Of a DNA stretch of 64,000 nt, positions 10,404 through 19,673 are shown piece by piece. The first letter of the stretch is position 1, and every line of letters starts with the position of its first letter. Origin of the DNA: SAR86 cluster bacterium (GTDB lineage Bacteria; Pseudomonadota; Gammaproteobacteria; Magnimaribacterales; AG-339-G14); assembly GCA_028140145.1 (NCBI GenBank), contig JAOIOC010000001.1:61608-125607 (forward strand), given 5' to 3'. The notes beneath the pieces were generated by a model, which saw only the letters and a list, made by a program, of their open reading frames with translations, did not search any database and was not told the origin of the DNA. The position numbers and the translations under genes were made by a program.

Positions 10404-10655
10404 TTATTCGACAGCTATTGCTTCAACTTTTGTTGGCAAAACAAAATCAGCTGGATTTATAGAGGTTGATGAAGAATTTCCTCCCGTTGAACCTGTGCTT
10501 GATCCTGAGCCTGTGCTTGATCCTGAGCCAGCTCCTGAACCTGAAGCTGAACCAGAGGAGCTAACAGATGAGGATGAACTCCCTCCTCCGCCTCCACCAC
10601 AGGAAGCAAAAATTAAACAAGTTGTTACAAGTAATAATGACCCATATTTCTTCAT
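10404..10655 (-). CDS. Small Gly/Ser-rich lipoprotein
   Basis: Start taken at the internal ATG preceded by AGGAGA. Signal peptide plus lipobox MKKYGSLLLVTTCLIFAS-C, followed by a long G/S low-complexity tract. Its stop lies 18 nt upstream of the 1045-aa gene. Confidence 0.65.
   Translation of the reverse strand: MKKYGSLLLVTTCLIFASCGGGGGGSSSSSVSSSGSASGSGAGSGSSTGSGSSTGSTGGNSSSTSINPADFVLPTKVEAIAVE
10492..10545. repeat. 18-bp in-frame tandem repeat inside the lipoprotein gene
   Basis: CCTGTGCTTGATCCTGAG occurs twice in perfect tandem (10492-10527), followed by a degenerate copy CCAGCTCCTGAACCTGAA. Confidence 0.8.
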
Positions 10656-10692
10656 AATATCTCCTAATCTAATATTGATAATACTACTTAAT

Positions 10693-11022
10693 CTAAACTT
10701 TTCTAGCATTTTTAATGGTATTTCTAATTTTAATTAATTCTTTTTTTATTCCTAATTGTGGAGATTTGGAATTTTTTTTGGTGGTCAAATAAGTAGCAAT
10801 TTTCCCAGGTTTTATGCCTTGATCTTTAATGAGTTTTTTCATTTCAAGAAGAAGTTTTATTTTTTTTAAATCATAACTTCTAATGACACTTTTAGATCTT
10901 AACTTGGGTTGAAATTTCTCCCAGTATCTTATCTCTGTTTGCTTGATTCCAAGCAAAGTGGAGACTTCTGAAATGGAATAATACTTTTTGTTTGGAAGTT
11001 CTGAAAAATCAATATCAGACAA
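10693..11022 (-). CDS. MerR-family transcriptional regulator
   Basis: N-terminal HTH YYSISEVSTLLGIKQTEIRYWE. Position immediately after ihfA, as in many Gammaproteobacteria. Confidence 0.75.
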   Translation of the reverse strand: MSDIDFSELPNKKYYSISEVSTLLGIKQTEIRYWEKFQPKLRSKSVIRSYDLKKIKLLLEMKKLIKDQGIKPGKIATYLTTKKNSKSPQLGIKKELIKIRNTIKNARKV

Positions 11023-11293
11023 TTTTATCCCTTAGTTTTCGCCCAGGCTTGAACGAAATAGATGTTCTGGCAGAAATTGTATACTCTTTACCAGTTTTAG
11101 GGTTTCTCCCTGGGCGCGCTTTCTTTTTTAATAAGGAAAAATTCCCAAAACCACTTAATTTCACTTCATCACCTTTTTCTAAACTATTTGAAATTTCAGC
11201 AAAAAAAGAATTTACAAAATCTAGGCAGTCTTTTTTAGGCAAACCCATCTTTTTATGCAAATGATCAGCTAGTTCTAGTTTAGTTATCGCCAT
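11015..11293 (-). CDS. ihfA: Integration host factor subunit alpha
   Basis: 92 aa with LSGFGNF, ARPGRNPKTGKEYTISAR and FKPGRKLRD. Lies downstream of pheT. Confidence 0.9.
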   Translation of the reverse strand: MAITKLELADHLHKKMGLPKKDCLDFVNSFFAEISNSLEKGDEVKLSGFGNFSLLKKKARPGRNPKTGKEYTISARTSISFKPGRKLRDKIV

Positions 11294-11295
11294 TG

Positions 11296-13290
11296 TTACG
11301 ATCTTAATTTAGCATTAAAAATTTTAGCCGCATGATTTATTTGATTTTCAACACGTTGATCTACTTCTTTGTCTTCCAATGTAGCTCCTGTCGATTGCCA
11401 AAAGAGTCGAAAAGTGATGCTTTTTAAAGATTCATCTATTCCTTTGCCTTGATAAACATCGATCACTGAAACAGACCTCAAATTAATGCCTCCAGCTTTT
11501 TTAAGCTCCTTTATAAAATCATTTGCAGGTATTTCTTTAGAGACAAGAAAGGACAAATCTCTTTCGCTTCCAGGAAATTTTGGCGGTTGAGCTATCGCAT
11601 TAATTTTCGGTAATTTTATAGAGTCTAAATTTATCTCAAACAAAACTATTTCCGGCAACTTAAGTTTTTTTTGAATCACTGGATGCAAAACACCAATATT
11701 TCCAATTGATTTAGTTTTCATTTTAATTTCTGCTGACATTCCTGGATGCAAATGATTTGCAGAAGTTTTTTTATAAATAGGTTCAATATTTAATCTCGAA
11801 AAAAACATATCCAGACTTTTTCTTAGATCGTAAAAGCTACTTTGAAAAGAACCGGACCAATCAGATGAAGATTTATCAAAAAAGAGAAGTCCAGCAAGAC
11901 TCTTCCAACTCTCCTCTTTAGTAAAGACGTTCCCAACTTCAAAGATTCTGAATTTTTGAGTGCCTCTATTGAAATTATATTCAAAGTTACTTAATAATCC
12001 TGGAATAAGAGAGGGTCGCATAACATCTTGATTGCTCGACATAGGGTTGGCAAGCTGAATTGAATCGTTATTTAACCCAAGTATTTGAACAAAAGATGAA
12101 TCAACAAAAGCGTAATTAATAACTTCATTAAAACCAGCATTAACAAAAATATCCTTACTAAGTTTCTCCTTTTCAATAGATGTATCTTCAGGGGAGGAAG
12201 CTAGTAATTTCAGTCTTTTGCTAGGTAAATTATCGTATCCAATTATTCTCGCAATCTCCTCGATAATGTCCTCTTTTATTTCAATATCGTAACGATGAGA
12301 AGGACAAGTTAACTCCATTGAATTTCTTTTAGATTCAACTTTAAATTCTAGCGCCTTTAAAAGTTTTATAACCTTAGCAGAAGGAATCTCTGTCCCGAGC
12401 CTTGAATCAATGAATTCTTTACTTATCGATATTTTCTTTGCTTTATGATTTTTAGATTGTTTAAAAATCTTTGAAAAGTCTCCTCCAAAGATTTCAGCAT
12501 AAAGTTGTGCTGCAAAATTAATTGCATACTCTTGGATTTCTTTATCGACCCCTCTTTCGAATCTTAATGATGCCTCAGATTGAAAGCCTAACTTTCTTGC
12601 ATTTCCTCTGATGCTTGAAGGTTCAAAACAAGCTGACTCCAAAAAAATTTCTTGAGTTGTTTCATCCACTTCGGAATTAGCACAACCCATAATTCCAGCG
12701 AGAGCTATTACTTCTTTTTCATCGGATATTGTAAGGAAATCTTTAGTTATCTCATGGGAAGCACCATCCAAAAGTTTCAACTTTGTTCTTTTAGAGGGGA
12801 ATTTGACATAAATTTTTTTTCCAATTTTTTTGTTATCGAAAGCATGTAAAGGTTGTCCGGTGTGAAGCATTACATAGTTTGTTATATCTACTATTGGATT
12901 AACCTGGCCAATATCAGCAGCCTTTAAGGTTTTTTTGATATGTTGCGGAGTTTTGCCTTTACTTTTTAATTTAATGATTTGACCTAGATAGCTTGAACAA
13001 GCGCTCTTATCTACAGAAACAGTTTTTTTTGAATCGAGTTTTTGCTGTTGCTTCTTAAACTTTGGAAGTTTTAATTTTAAATTATTAACCGCACAAATAT
13101 CTCTAGCTATACCTATAAGGCTAAAACAGTCTCCTCTATTAGGAGTTAAATCTAGTTTAATTAATAAATCATTTTTTTCTTTTTTTGATTGGTCAACTTC
13201 TAGCCCCAACTCTGTAAGCTGTTCTAAGAGATTTGTATCAGAAATTGATCCTGATATGTATTGAAGTAGGTCGGATTTATAGAATTGCAT
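11296..13290 (-). CDS. pheT: Phenylalanine--tRNA ligase beta subunit, short form lacking the B2 OB-fold tRNA-binding domain
   Basis: B1 (GLEVD) runs directly into TPNRGDC. The B3/4, B5, catalytic-like and C-terminal FDX-ACB regions are present. Follows pheS with a 1-nt overlap. Confidence 0.9.
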   Translation of the reverse strand: MQFYKSDLLQYISGSISDTNLLEQLTELGLEVDQSKKEKNDLLIKLDLTPNRGDCFSLIGIARDICAVNNLKLKLPKFKKQQQKLDSKKTVSVDKSACSSYLGQIIKLKSKGKTPQHIKKTLKAADIGQVNPIVDITNYVMLHTGQPLHAFDNKKIGKKIYVKFPSKRTKLKLLDGASHEITKDFLTISDEKEVIALAGIMGCANSEVDETTQEIFLESACFEPSSIRGNARKLGFQSEASLRFERGVDKEIQEYAINFAAQLYAEIFGGDFSKIFKQSKNHKAKKISISKEFIDSRLGTEIPSAKVIKLLKALEFKVESKRNSMELTCPSHRYDIEIKEDIIEEIARIIGYDNLPSKRLKLLASSPEDTSIEKEKLSKDIFVNAGFNEVINYAFVDSSFVQILGLNNDSIQLANPMSSNQDVMRPSLIPGLLSNFEYNFNRGTQKFRIFEVGNVFTKEESWKSLAGLLFFDKSSSDWSGSFQSSFYDLRKSLDMFFSRLNIEPIYKKTSANHLHPGMSAEIKMKTKSIGNIGVLHPVIQKKLKLPEIVLFEINLDSIKLPKINAIAQPPKFPGSERDLSFLVSKEIPANDFIKELKKAGGINLRSVSVIDVYQGKGIDESLKSITFRLFWQSTGATLEDKEVDQRVENQINHAAKIFNAKLRS

Positions 13291-14261
13291 TATCCTTTTA
13301 TGACGAACCTTAAGTCATTCTCAAATAACATCCTAATATCAGATATCTGATATCTGAGCATAGTCATTCTTTCAATTCCCATGCCAAAAGCAAAACCCGA
13401 GTAAACTTCCGGGCTTAGACCAACGTTTTTCAATACATTTGGATGGACCATTCCACATCCCATAATTTCCAGCCAACCATTCTCTCCCTTTATATCTACT
13501 TCTACCGAGGGTTCTGTGAATGGGAAGTATGAAGGTCGAAACCTTACCTTTGGATTGTCTTTAAAAAAAGATTCGATAAACTCCAAAATTTCATTTTTCA
13601 GATGGGCAAAATTTATATCTTTATCGACAACAAGACCTTCCACTTGGTGAAACATAGGAGTATGAGTTTGATCTGAATCGCATCTAAATACTTTGCCAGG
13701 ACATAATATTTTTAAAGGAGGAGATTCCAATTCCATTGACCTGATTTGAACAGGTGAGGTATGAGTTCGTAGTAGATTGCCATTATCAAAATAAAAGGTG
13801 TCATGCATATCTCTAGCAGGATGATTCTCAGGAATATTCAATGCAGAAAAATTGAAATACTCCGATTCAATTTCAGGCCCCTCTCGAAGAACATAACCTT
13901 TGTTTTTAAAATAATTTGAGATTTCATTAGCTATCAAAGATATAGGATGGTAACTTCCTACGTCTGGACTTAATGGCAAAGTAACATCAATTGCTTCATT
14001 AGATAATTGTTCATTCAGAGCAGATTGTTCAATTTTTTCTAAAGACGAACTGATTGATTCTTCAATTAAAGATTTAAATTTATTGATCGATTTACCTAAC
14101 TCAGGTTTCTTTTCAGCAGGAGCGTTTGAAAGTTGAGACATTAGAGACGAAAGAATACCTTTTTTGCCAAGGTATTGAATTTTTAGAGAATTAAGAGAAT
14201 CTTGAGAATCTGCTTCTTTAAATTTACTTAAGAAAGATTTTTTCTCTTGGGCTAAATCCAT
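13290..14261 (-). CDS. pheS: Phenylalanine--tRNA ligase alpha subunit
   Basis: Class II motifs HPARDMHDTFY, LRTHTSPVQIR and GFAFGMGIERMTMLRY. Confidence 0.95.
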   Translation of the reverse strand: MDLAQEKKSFLSKFKEADSQDSLNSLKIQYLGKKGILSSLMSQLSNAPAEKKPELGKSINKFKSLIEESISSSLEKIEQSALNEQLSNEAIDVTLPLSPDVGSYHPISLIANEISNYFKNKGYVLREGPEIESEYFNFSALNIPENHPARDMHDTFYFDNGNLLRTHTSPVQIRSMELESPPLKILCPGKVFRCDSDQTHTPMFHQVEGLVVDKDINFAHLKNEILEFIESFFKDNPKVRFRPSYFPFTEPSVEVDIKGENGWLEIMGCGMVHPNVLKNVGLSPEVYSGFAFGMGIERMTMLRYQISDIRMLFENDLRFVIKG

Positions 14262-14267
14262 AGCCCA

Positions 14268-14624
14268 TTATGCAGCAATATCTTTAACCTTTGAAACTAG
14301 AGATGCAAAACCTGCTTTGTCTTCTACAGCCATATTGGCTAAAACTCTTCTATCCAAATCAATCTTAGCTTTTTTAAGACCATTCATAAAAACACTATAG
14401 CTAAGGCCATGCTCTCTTACTGCAGCATTAATTCTAATGATCCAAAGCGATCTAAAAGTTCTTTTCTTAACTTTTCTATCTCTATATGCATATTGGCCAG
14501 CTTTTAGTACAGCTTGATTCGCGACTTTGAAAGTCCTGCTACGAGCTCCTCTGTAACCTTTAGCTAATTTGAGAATTTTCTTGTGTCTTTTTTTGGCTTG
14601 AACGCCCCGTTTTACTCTACTCAT
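14268..14624 (-). CDS. rplT: 50S ribosomal protein L20
   Basis: [29 protein letters not shown] and the operon position. Confidence 0.95.
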   Translation of the reverse strand: MSRVKRGVQAKKRHKKILKLAKGYRGARSRTFKVANQAVLKAGQYAYRDRKVKKRTFRSLWIIRINAAVREHGLSYSVFMNGLKKAKIDLDRRVLANMAVEDKAGFASLVSKVKDIAA

Positions 14625-14818
14625 GATTTTTCTCTAAACATTCTTTTAACCAATTTTTCATCGCCAGCAGCTAGTTGAGTTGTGCCTCTGAGTTGCCTTT
14701 TTGATTTTGTCGACATCTTGGTAAGAATATGTCTTTTATTAGCTTGTTTTCTCTTGAGTCCAGAGCCTGTTTTTTTAAAGCGCTTGGCAGCTCCTTTGTG
14801 TACTTTAACTTTTGGCAT
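14621..14818 (-). CDS. rpmI: 50S ribosomal protein L35
   Basis: [20 protein letters not shown], 65 aa, located between infC and rplT. Confidence 0.95.
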   Translation of the reverse strand: MPKVKVHKGAAKRFKKTGSGLKRKQANKRHILTKMSTKSKRQLRGTTQLAAGDEKLVKRMFREKS

Positions 14819-14820
14819 TT

Positions 14821-15369
14821 TTAATTTTTCTTTTTTGTTGGTGACATAACCATTACAAGCTGTCTTCCTTCTGACTGAGGCTCTTGCTCTACTACAGCCT
14901 GGTCAGAAAGGTCCATTTCAATTCTTTTCAGAAGCTCAAGACCTAAATCCTGATGCATCATTTCTCTACCTCTAAATCTCATTGTAATCTTTGCCTTATC
15001 TCCATCTTGAATAAATCTAGTTATGCTTTTTAACTTTATTTGATAATCGTTTTCTTCTGTTCCGGGTCTAAATTTTATTTCTTTAACCTGTGTTCTTTTT
15101 TGTTTTTTCTTTGAGGCAGATTTTTGTTTTTTCTTGTCAAAAAGATGTTTACCGTAATCCATGAGTTTGCAAACAGGATGATCGGAATCATTTGCTAACT
15201 GAACTAAATCAAGGCTTGCGGCTGAGGCTTTTTTCATGGCTTCTTCTATCGCAACTATTCCCAACTGTTCTCCTGATTCAGATATAAGCCTTACTTTTGA
15301 AGCGGATATTTGTTGGTTTACAGGTTGTCTTTTTTTAAAAGACGTCTGCCTAGGTTTGGGAGAAGCTAT
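14821..15369 (-). CDS. infC: Translation initiation factor IF-3, predicted non-canonical ATA start
   Basis: The frame stays open upstream of the TTG start in the ORF track and encodes the conserved N-terminus ...[22 protein letters not shown]. An in-frame TAG lies 4 codons upstream of an ATA at 15369-15367, which has GAGG 6 nt upstream. No ATG, GTG or TTG is available. Total length is 183 codons. Confidence 0.85.
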   Translation of the reverse strand: MASPKPRQTSFKKRQPVNQQISASKVRLISESGEQLGIVAIEEAMKKASAASLDLVQLANDSDHPVCKLMDYGKHLFDKKKQKSASKKKQKRTQVKEIKFRPGTEENDYQIKLKSITRFIQDGDKAKITMRFRGREMMHQDLGLELLKRIEMDLSDQAVVEQEPQSEGRQLVMVMSPTKKKN

Positions 15370-15398
15370 TTTAAACCTCTAACGAAAAATTTTAACAA

Positions 15399-17327
15399 TC
15401 AGACCTCCTTAGATCTTATTTTTCTCAAAACCATTTTTGAGAAATCACTCTCTGACATTGAAGATTGTTTTTGAGATTCTCTATCTCTTACACTAATAGA
15501 GCCTTCTTCAACCTCCTTATCACCTATCACAATTTGATATGGTATCTTTTGTATAGAGTGGTCGCGGATTTTATAAGTGATTTTCTCATTCCTCAAGTCT
15601 GAAATGACTTTTATTTCATTTTTTTTCAATATCTCAGTGATCTCAACAACTCTGTCAGTATGTTTTTCCGACACATTCATGACTACTGCATGAATAGGAG
15701 ATAACCATAAAGGAAAAGAACCATCATATTGCTCAATTAAAATTCCAATAAATCTTTCAAACGACCCCAGAATTGCTCTATGCATCATGACTGGCCTATG
15801 TTTTTTGCCATCCTCACCTATATAAGAAGCATCAAGCCTTTCAGGTAAATTAAAATCAGCCTGAAAAGTCCCGCACTGCCATTCTCTTTTTAAAGCATCG
15901 GTAAGAACAAAATCAATTTTTGGGCCATAAAAAGCGCCGTCGCCTTCTGCTACCTCGTACTCAATGTTTAGTGCTTCTATGGCATTCTTAAGAGCTTTTT
16001 CAGCCTTATCCCAAATCTTATCAGAACCAACTCTTACTTCTGGTCTTGTTGAAAGCTTTATATCAATTTTTTTAAAACCAAAATCTTCATAAACATTATA
16101 AAGAAGAGAAATAAATGAAGCAGTCTCTTCCTGAATTTGATCCTCAGTGCAAAATATATGTCCATCGTCTTGTGTAAAGCCTCTAACCCGCATAAGTCCA
16201 TGCATAGTCCCTGAGGGTTCGTATCTATGACAACTTCCAAACTCTGCTAATCTAATGGGTAGATCTCTATAAGATTTAAGAGATTGATTATAAATTTGAA
16301 CATGTCCTGGACAATTCATGGGCTTTAAAGCATTGGTTCTTTTTTCATTTGCATGTTCTTCATCAATTTCTGTGATAAACATATTTTCTCTGTATTTTTC
16401 CCAGTGACCAGATTTCTCCCATAATTTTCTATCGATGACTTGTGGAGTTTTTATTTCAGAGTAATTTGCGTTAACTTGCTTCTCTCTCATGTATTTTTCA
16501 ACCGCGGTATAAATGCTCCATCCTTTAGGATGCCAAAAAACCATGCCAGGGGCTTCTTCTTGTAGATGGAACAAATCATATTTTTTTCCTAGAAGCCTAT
16601 GGTCTCTTTTGGATGCTTCTTCTTTAATATGCAAATGATCTTCAAGCTCTTTTTTTGAATTCCATGCCGTTCCATAGACTCTTTGGAGCATTTTATTGTC
16701 TGATTTACCTCTCCAGTAGGCACCAGCAACATGGGTCAGTTTAAAAGCTTTAACAAAACTCATATTAGGAATGTGCGGTCCCCTGCACATATCTATATAT
16801 TCTTGATGATAATAAAGAGCAACTTTTTCTGATTTATCGATATCTTTGAGTATTTCAAGCTTGTAATCCTCTTTTCTACTTTTAAAAACTTTTACAGCCT
16901 CTTTATGCGGAACTAATTTTTTTTCAACCTCGTAAGATGTACTAGCTAACTCTTTCATACGTTTTTCAATCTTTGCAAGGTCTTGCTGGGTTAGTTTGTG
17001 ATCTAAATCGATATCGTAATAAAATCCATCCTCTACGATTGGTCCTATTGCCATTTTAGTTTTAGGAAAAATTTGTTTGATAGCATGTCCAAATAAATGC
17101 GCACAACTATGTCGAATAATTTCCATGCCCTGCTTATCTTTGCTGGTTAAGATAGAAACTTCAGAGTTTTTATCTATTAAGTCGCAGGCATCACGCTCTT
17201 CCCCATTGATAATACCCGCCAAAGTTGCTTTAGCTAAACCAGGACCTATGTCTTGAGCCAATTCAAATATGCTAGGAGGCTCATTAAAATTTCTCTTGGA
17301 ATTGTCAGGAAGTGTAATTTTTATCAT
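15399..17327 (-). CDS. thrS: Threonine--tRNA ligase
   Basis: 642 aa with a TGS N-terminus, an editing domain (HSCAHL), and class II core motifs FRHEPSG-like CHRYEPSG and [11 protein letters not shown]. Confidence 0.95.
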   Translation of the reverse strand: MIKITLPDNSKRNFNEPPSIFELAQDIGPGLAKATLAGIINGEERDACDLIDKNSEVSILTSKDKQGMEIIRHSCAHLFGHAIKQIFPKTKMAIGPIVEDGFYYDIDLDHKLTQQDLAKIEKRMKELASTSYEVEKKLVPHKEAVKVFKSRKEDYKLEILKDIDKSEKVALYYHQEYIDMCRGPHIPNMSFVKAFKLTHVAGAYWRGKSDNKMLQRVYGTAWNSKKELEDHLHIKEEASKRDHRLLGKKYDLFHLQEEAPGMVFWHPKGWSIYTAVEKYMREKQVNANYSEIKTPQVIDRKLWEKSGHWEKYRENMFITEIDEEHANEKRTNALKPMNCPGHVQIYNQSLKSYRDLPIRLAEFGSCHRYEPSGTMHGLMRVRGFTQDDGHIFCTEDQIQEETASFISLLYNVYEDFGFKKIDIKLSTRPEVRVGSDKIWDKAEKALKNAIEALNIEYEVAEGDGAFYGPKIDFVLTDALKREWQCGTFQADFNLPERLDASYIGEDGKKHRPVMMHRAILGSFERFIGILIEQYDGSFPLWLSPIHAVVMNVSEKHTDRVVEITEILKKNEIKVISDLRNEKITYKIRDHSIQKIPYQIVIGDKEVEEGSISVRDRESQKQSSMSESDFSKMVLRKIRSKEV

Positions 17328-17382
17328 TTTTTGACCTATACGAGGGGCCTTTAAAGTTATTTTACTTAAAAATCACTATTTT

Positions 17383-17976
17383 TTAAGGAGAAAGGTAAGA
17401 TTTAATCCACTTTTTTTCTTCTAATTTAAAAAGCGTCCTCTCATGTCTTCGAAATTCTCCTTCTTTCCAAATTTCAATCTGTTCAGGTTTGATTTTATAC
17501 ATGCCACAATGATCTGGAAGTTTAATATCTTTCTCATCCAAGGAATTGATAGCTTCTTCAACTTTTTTTTGAAAACTTTCAAAAGATTCAATTTCTTCAC
17601 TCTGTTTTGAAACAATAGCCGATATTCTTGAGCCTTTTGGTCTAGAATTAAAATATTCTTCCGATTCTGACCTGGAAGCTTCTGATATTGACCCACTAAT
17701 CCTAATTTGTACTTGTAACTCTCTCCACCAAAAATTTACTGAAACATTATTATTTTTTGAAATATCTTGACCCTTTTTGCTTTTGTAGTTGGTATAAAAA
17801 AATAAACCATCATCAGTAAATTTTTTTAATAAAACGACTCTGGAAGAAGGTCTTTGATCTTTATCTACTGTTGAAACGGTCATTCCATTCCAGTCTCTTA
17901 AATCTTGATCTCTAGCTTCCTCAAGGAAATATTTGATTTCAAGAAAAGGTTCTTGAGAAATAGAATCAAAATTCAT
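17383..17976 (-). CDS. pdxH: Pyridoxamine 5'-phosphate oxidase
   Basis: SRVVLLK, FYTNYKSKKG, NFWWRELQVQIRISG and a C-terminal EIWKEGEFRRHER...LSP. Confidence 0.85.
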   Translation of the reverse strand: MNFDSISQEPFLEIKYFLEEARDQDLRDWNGMTVSTVDKDQRPSSRVVLLKKFTDDGLFFYTNYKSKKGQDISKNNNVSVNFWWRELQVQIRISGSISEASRSESEEYFNSRPKGSRISAIVSKQSEEIESFESFQKKVEEAINSLDEKDIKLPDHCGMYKIKPEQIEIWKEGEFRRHERTLFKLEEKKWIKSYLSP

Positions 17977-18447
17977 TTATTTTCTTTGAACCCAAAAATC
18001 TAGAGATAAATATTTACCTGGACCAAATAATAAGATGATTGACGTCATTAAGAGATAAGTTACTGACATCTCATAGCCGCCAGCATCTGCATTCCATCCA
18101 TTTGGAGAATGATAATAAGAAGCTACAATCATGCAGACTAAAATAGGTATGGTTGCCCATCTTGAGAAAAGGCCTATTAATAGAAGAACTGCTCCTCCTG
18201 CTTCTGCTATCACAGTAAGCCATGCAAAAAGGTCAGGAAGAATGAAATTGAGGTTATCTTTTCCTCCTGGACCTAAAAACTCTGAGAATCTATCAACGTT
18301 TGGTATGCCATCTTCCCACGCTATTTTTCTCACTCCGGCGTTCCAAAATATAAAGAATAAGTAGACCCTCAAAAAGAATTGGCCAATGAAGTCAAAAGCT
18401 TTCAAGTTACCCAAAAGGCTATCTATTTTTAAAATAAATCTAATCAT
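17977..18447 (-). CDS. DoxX-family membrane protein
   Basis: 156 aa with four predicted TM helices. The FxRVYLFFIFWNAG and GGAVLLLIGLFSRWA patterns are typical of DoxX. Confidence 0.6.
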   Translation of the reverse strand: MIRFILKIDSLLGNLKAFDFIGQFFLRVYLFFIFWNAGVRKIAWEDGIPNVDRFSEFLGPGGKDNLNFILPDLFAWLTVIAEAGGAVLLLIGLFSRWATIPILVCMIVASYYHSPNGWNADAGGYEMSVTYLLMTSIILLFGPGKYLSLDFWVQRK

Positions 18448-19175
18448 TTTTTTTCCTTCTCTATTATCTCAAATGCTGCTTGTATTTCTATAAATTTTTC
18501 TTTTGCTTTTTCAATTAATTCCTCTGGAAGACCTTTAGAAATCAATGCATCCGGATGAAATTCTTTTCTTTTGACTCTATAAATTTTTTTTATTTCATTG
18601 AAAGTCATATCTCTTGTAACTCCCAAAATTTCGTAAGCATCTGATATTTTTCCAACGTATCTATTATATAAATCCTCAAAAACATTTTTATCAAAACCGA
18701 AAATACTAGGAATTTTCCTTAACAACCTCTCTTCGTTTTCATGCATTTCTCCATCAGCCATGGCTAATTCAAATAAAAGCTCATAAAAAACCAAAAGTGA
18801 ATTTGGACTTGAGCCTAAAAGCTGGTAAAGCTGTTTTGCATATTCATCAAAAGAAATGCTATCTAATTTAGCTTTCTGAAAAATATTAATAGCAAAATTT
18901 CTTTCATCTTCGCTAAAGTTGAATTTATTAGAAATAAAACTTTCAATTTTTGAGACTTCTTCTTCACTTACTCTTCCATCTGCTTTAGCGATTTTTGCTA
19001 AACATGCAAATAGTGCTGTAAAAAAAGCTACTTGATGATCTAAATTATTTGGATTTCTTCTAGATTTTGCTTGCCTTGTCATTCTTGATCCCATGACACT
19101 TCCAACAAGAGCACCAATAGGTCCAAGCAAAGTGAAGCCAATCATTCCACCTACAATTCCGCCAATTAAACTCAT
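18444..19175 (-). CDS. djlA: DjlA-type co-chaperone (N-terminal TM, TerB-like domain, C-terminal J domain)
   Basis: Gly-zipper TM at the N-terminus. C-terminal J domain DAYEILGVTRDMTFNEIKKIYRVKRKEFHPD. Confidence 0.8.
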   Translation of the reverse strand: MSLIGGIVGGMIGFTLLGPIGALVGSVMGSRMTRQAKSRRNPNNLDHQVAFFTALFACLAKIAKADGRVSEEEVSKIESFISNKFNFSEDERNFAINIFQKAKLDSISFDEYAKQLYQLLGSSPNSLLVFYELLFELAMADGEMHENEERLLRKIPSIFGFDKNVFEDLYNRYVGKISDAYEILGVTRDMTFNEIKKIYRVKRKEFHPDALISKGLPEELIEKAKEKFIEIQAAFEIIEKEKK

Positions 19176-19243
19176 TTTTTCTTAATTTTTATGCATTGCT
19201 ATGGTTTAATAATTGTACATGGATAAGTTTTATTGGGGGAAAC

Positions 19244-19660
19244 ATGTCTGAATCAAAACCTTTACCTGTTGTAGATTTCCTAAAAATTCCAGAGGATGGA
19301 GATCCTTATCTTGAAGGATATAGATGCAAAAAATGTGGGTCTATTTATTTAGGCGAGAGAAATGTTTGTTCAAAGTGTTTTGCTAGAGACGAGATGGAAG
19401 TTATCAAACTTTCTGATACAGGTATTTTGCATAGTTATGCAATAGTTTTTAGATCTTTTCCTGGAATTGATGTCCCTTATATTTCTGCAATAGTAGATCT
19501 TGATGGAGGCGGAACAATCAAAGGAAATTTGATTAACATAGATCCAGATCCTGATAAAATAGATTTTAATATGCCAGTAAAAATAACTTTTGGTGATGCT
19601 TTAGGCAGGAAAGATAAAGAAGGAAATTCTTATCTGAGTTATTTTTTTGAGCCAGCTTAA
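19244..19660 (+). CDS. Zn-ribbon/OB-fold protein (DUF35 family), partner of SCP-x-type thiolase
   Basis: Start moved to the ATG preceded by GGGGGA. Zinc ribbon CKKCGS...CSKC followed by an OB-fold-like C-terminus. Adjacent to the thiolase gene. Confidence 0.7.
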   Translation: MSESKPLPVVDFLKIPEDGDPYLEGYRCKKCGSIYLGERNVCSKCFARDEMEVIKLSDTGILHSYAIVFRSFPGIDVPYISAIVDLDGGGTIKGNLINIDPDPDKIDFNMPVKITFGDALGRKDKEGNSYLSYFFEPA

Positions 19661-19673
19661 AAGAGGTGAAATT

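Noticed and set aside
7153-10709. tRNA-Pro-adjacent genomic island or integrated mobile element
   Set aside because: No integrase, transposase or phage gene is present. I found no direct repeat of the tRNA 3' end by eye in the flanking 4 kb.
10384-10737. 117-aa plus-strand ORF encoding a Pro/Glu-rich protein
   Set aside because: It is the antisense shadow of the G/S-rich lipoprotein gene. The minus-strand frame has a strong AGGAGA ribosome-binding site, a signal peptide and a lipobox. The plus-strand ORF starts inside the start region of the 1045-aa gene and has no ribosome-binding site.
14821-15264. ORF-track model of infC starting at TTG (147 aa)
   Set aside because: It would remove the conserved IF3 N-terminal segment, which is clearly encoded in frame upstream. 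The gene was extended to the ATA at 15369.
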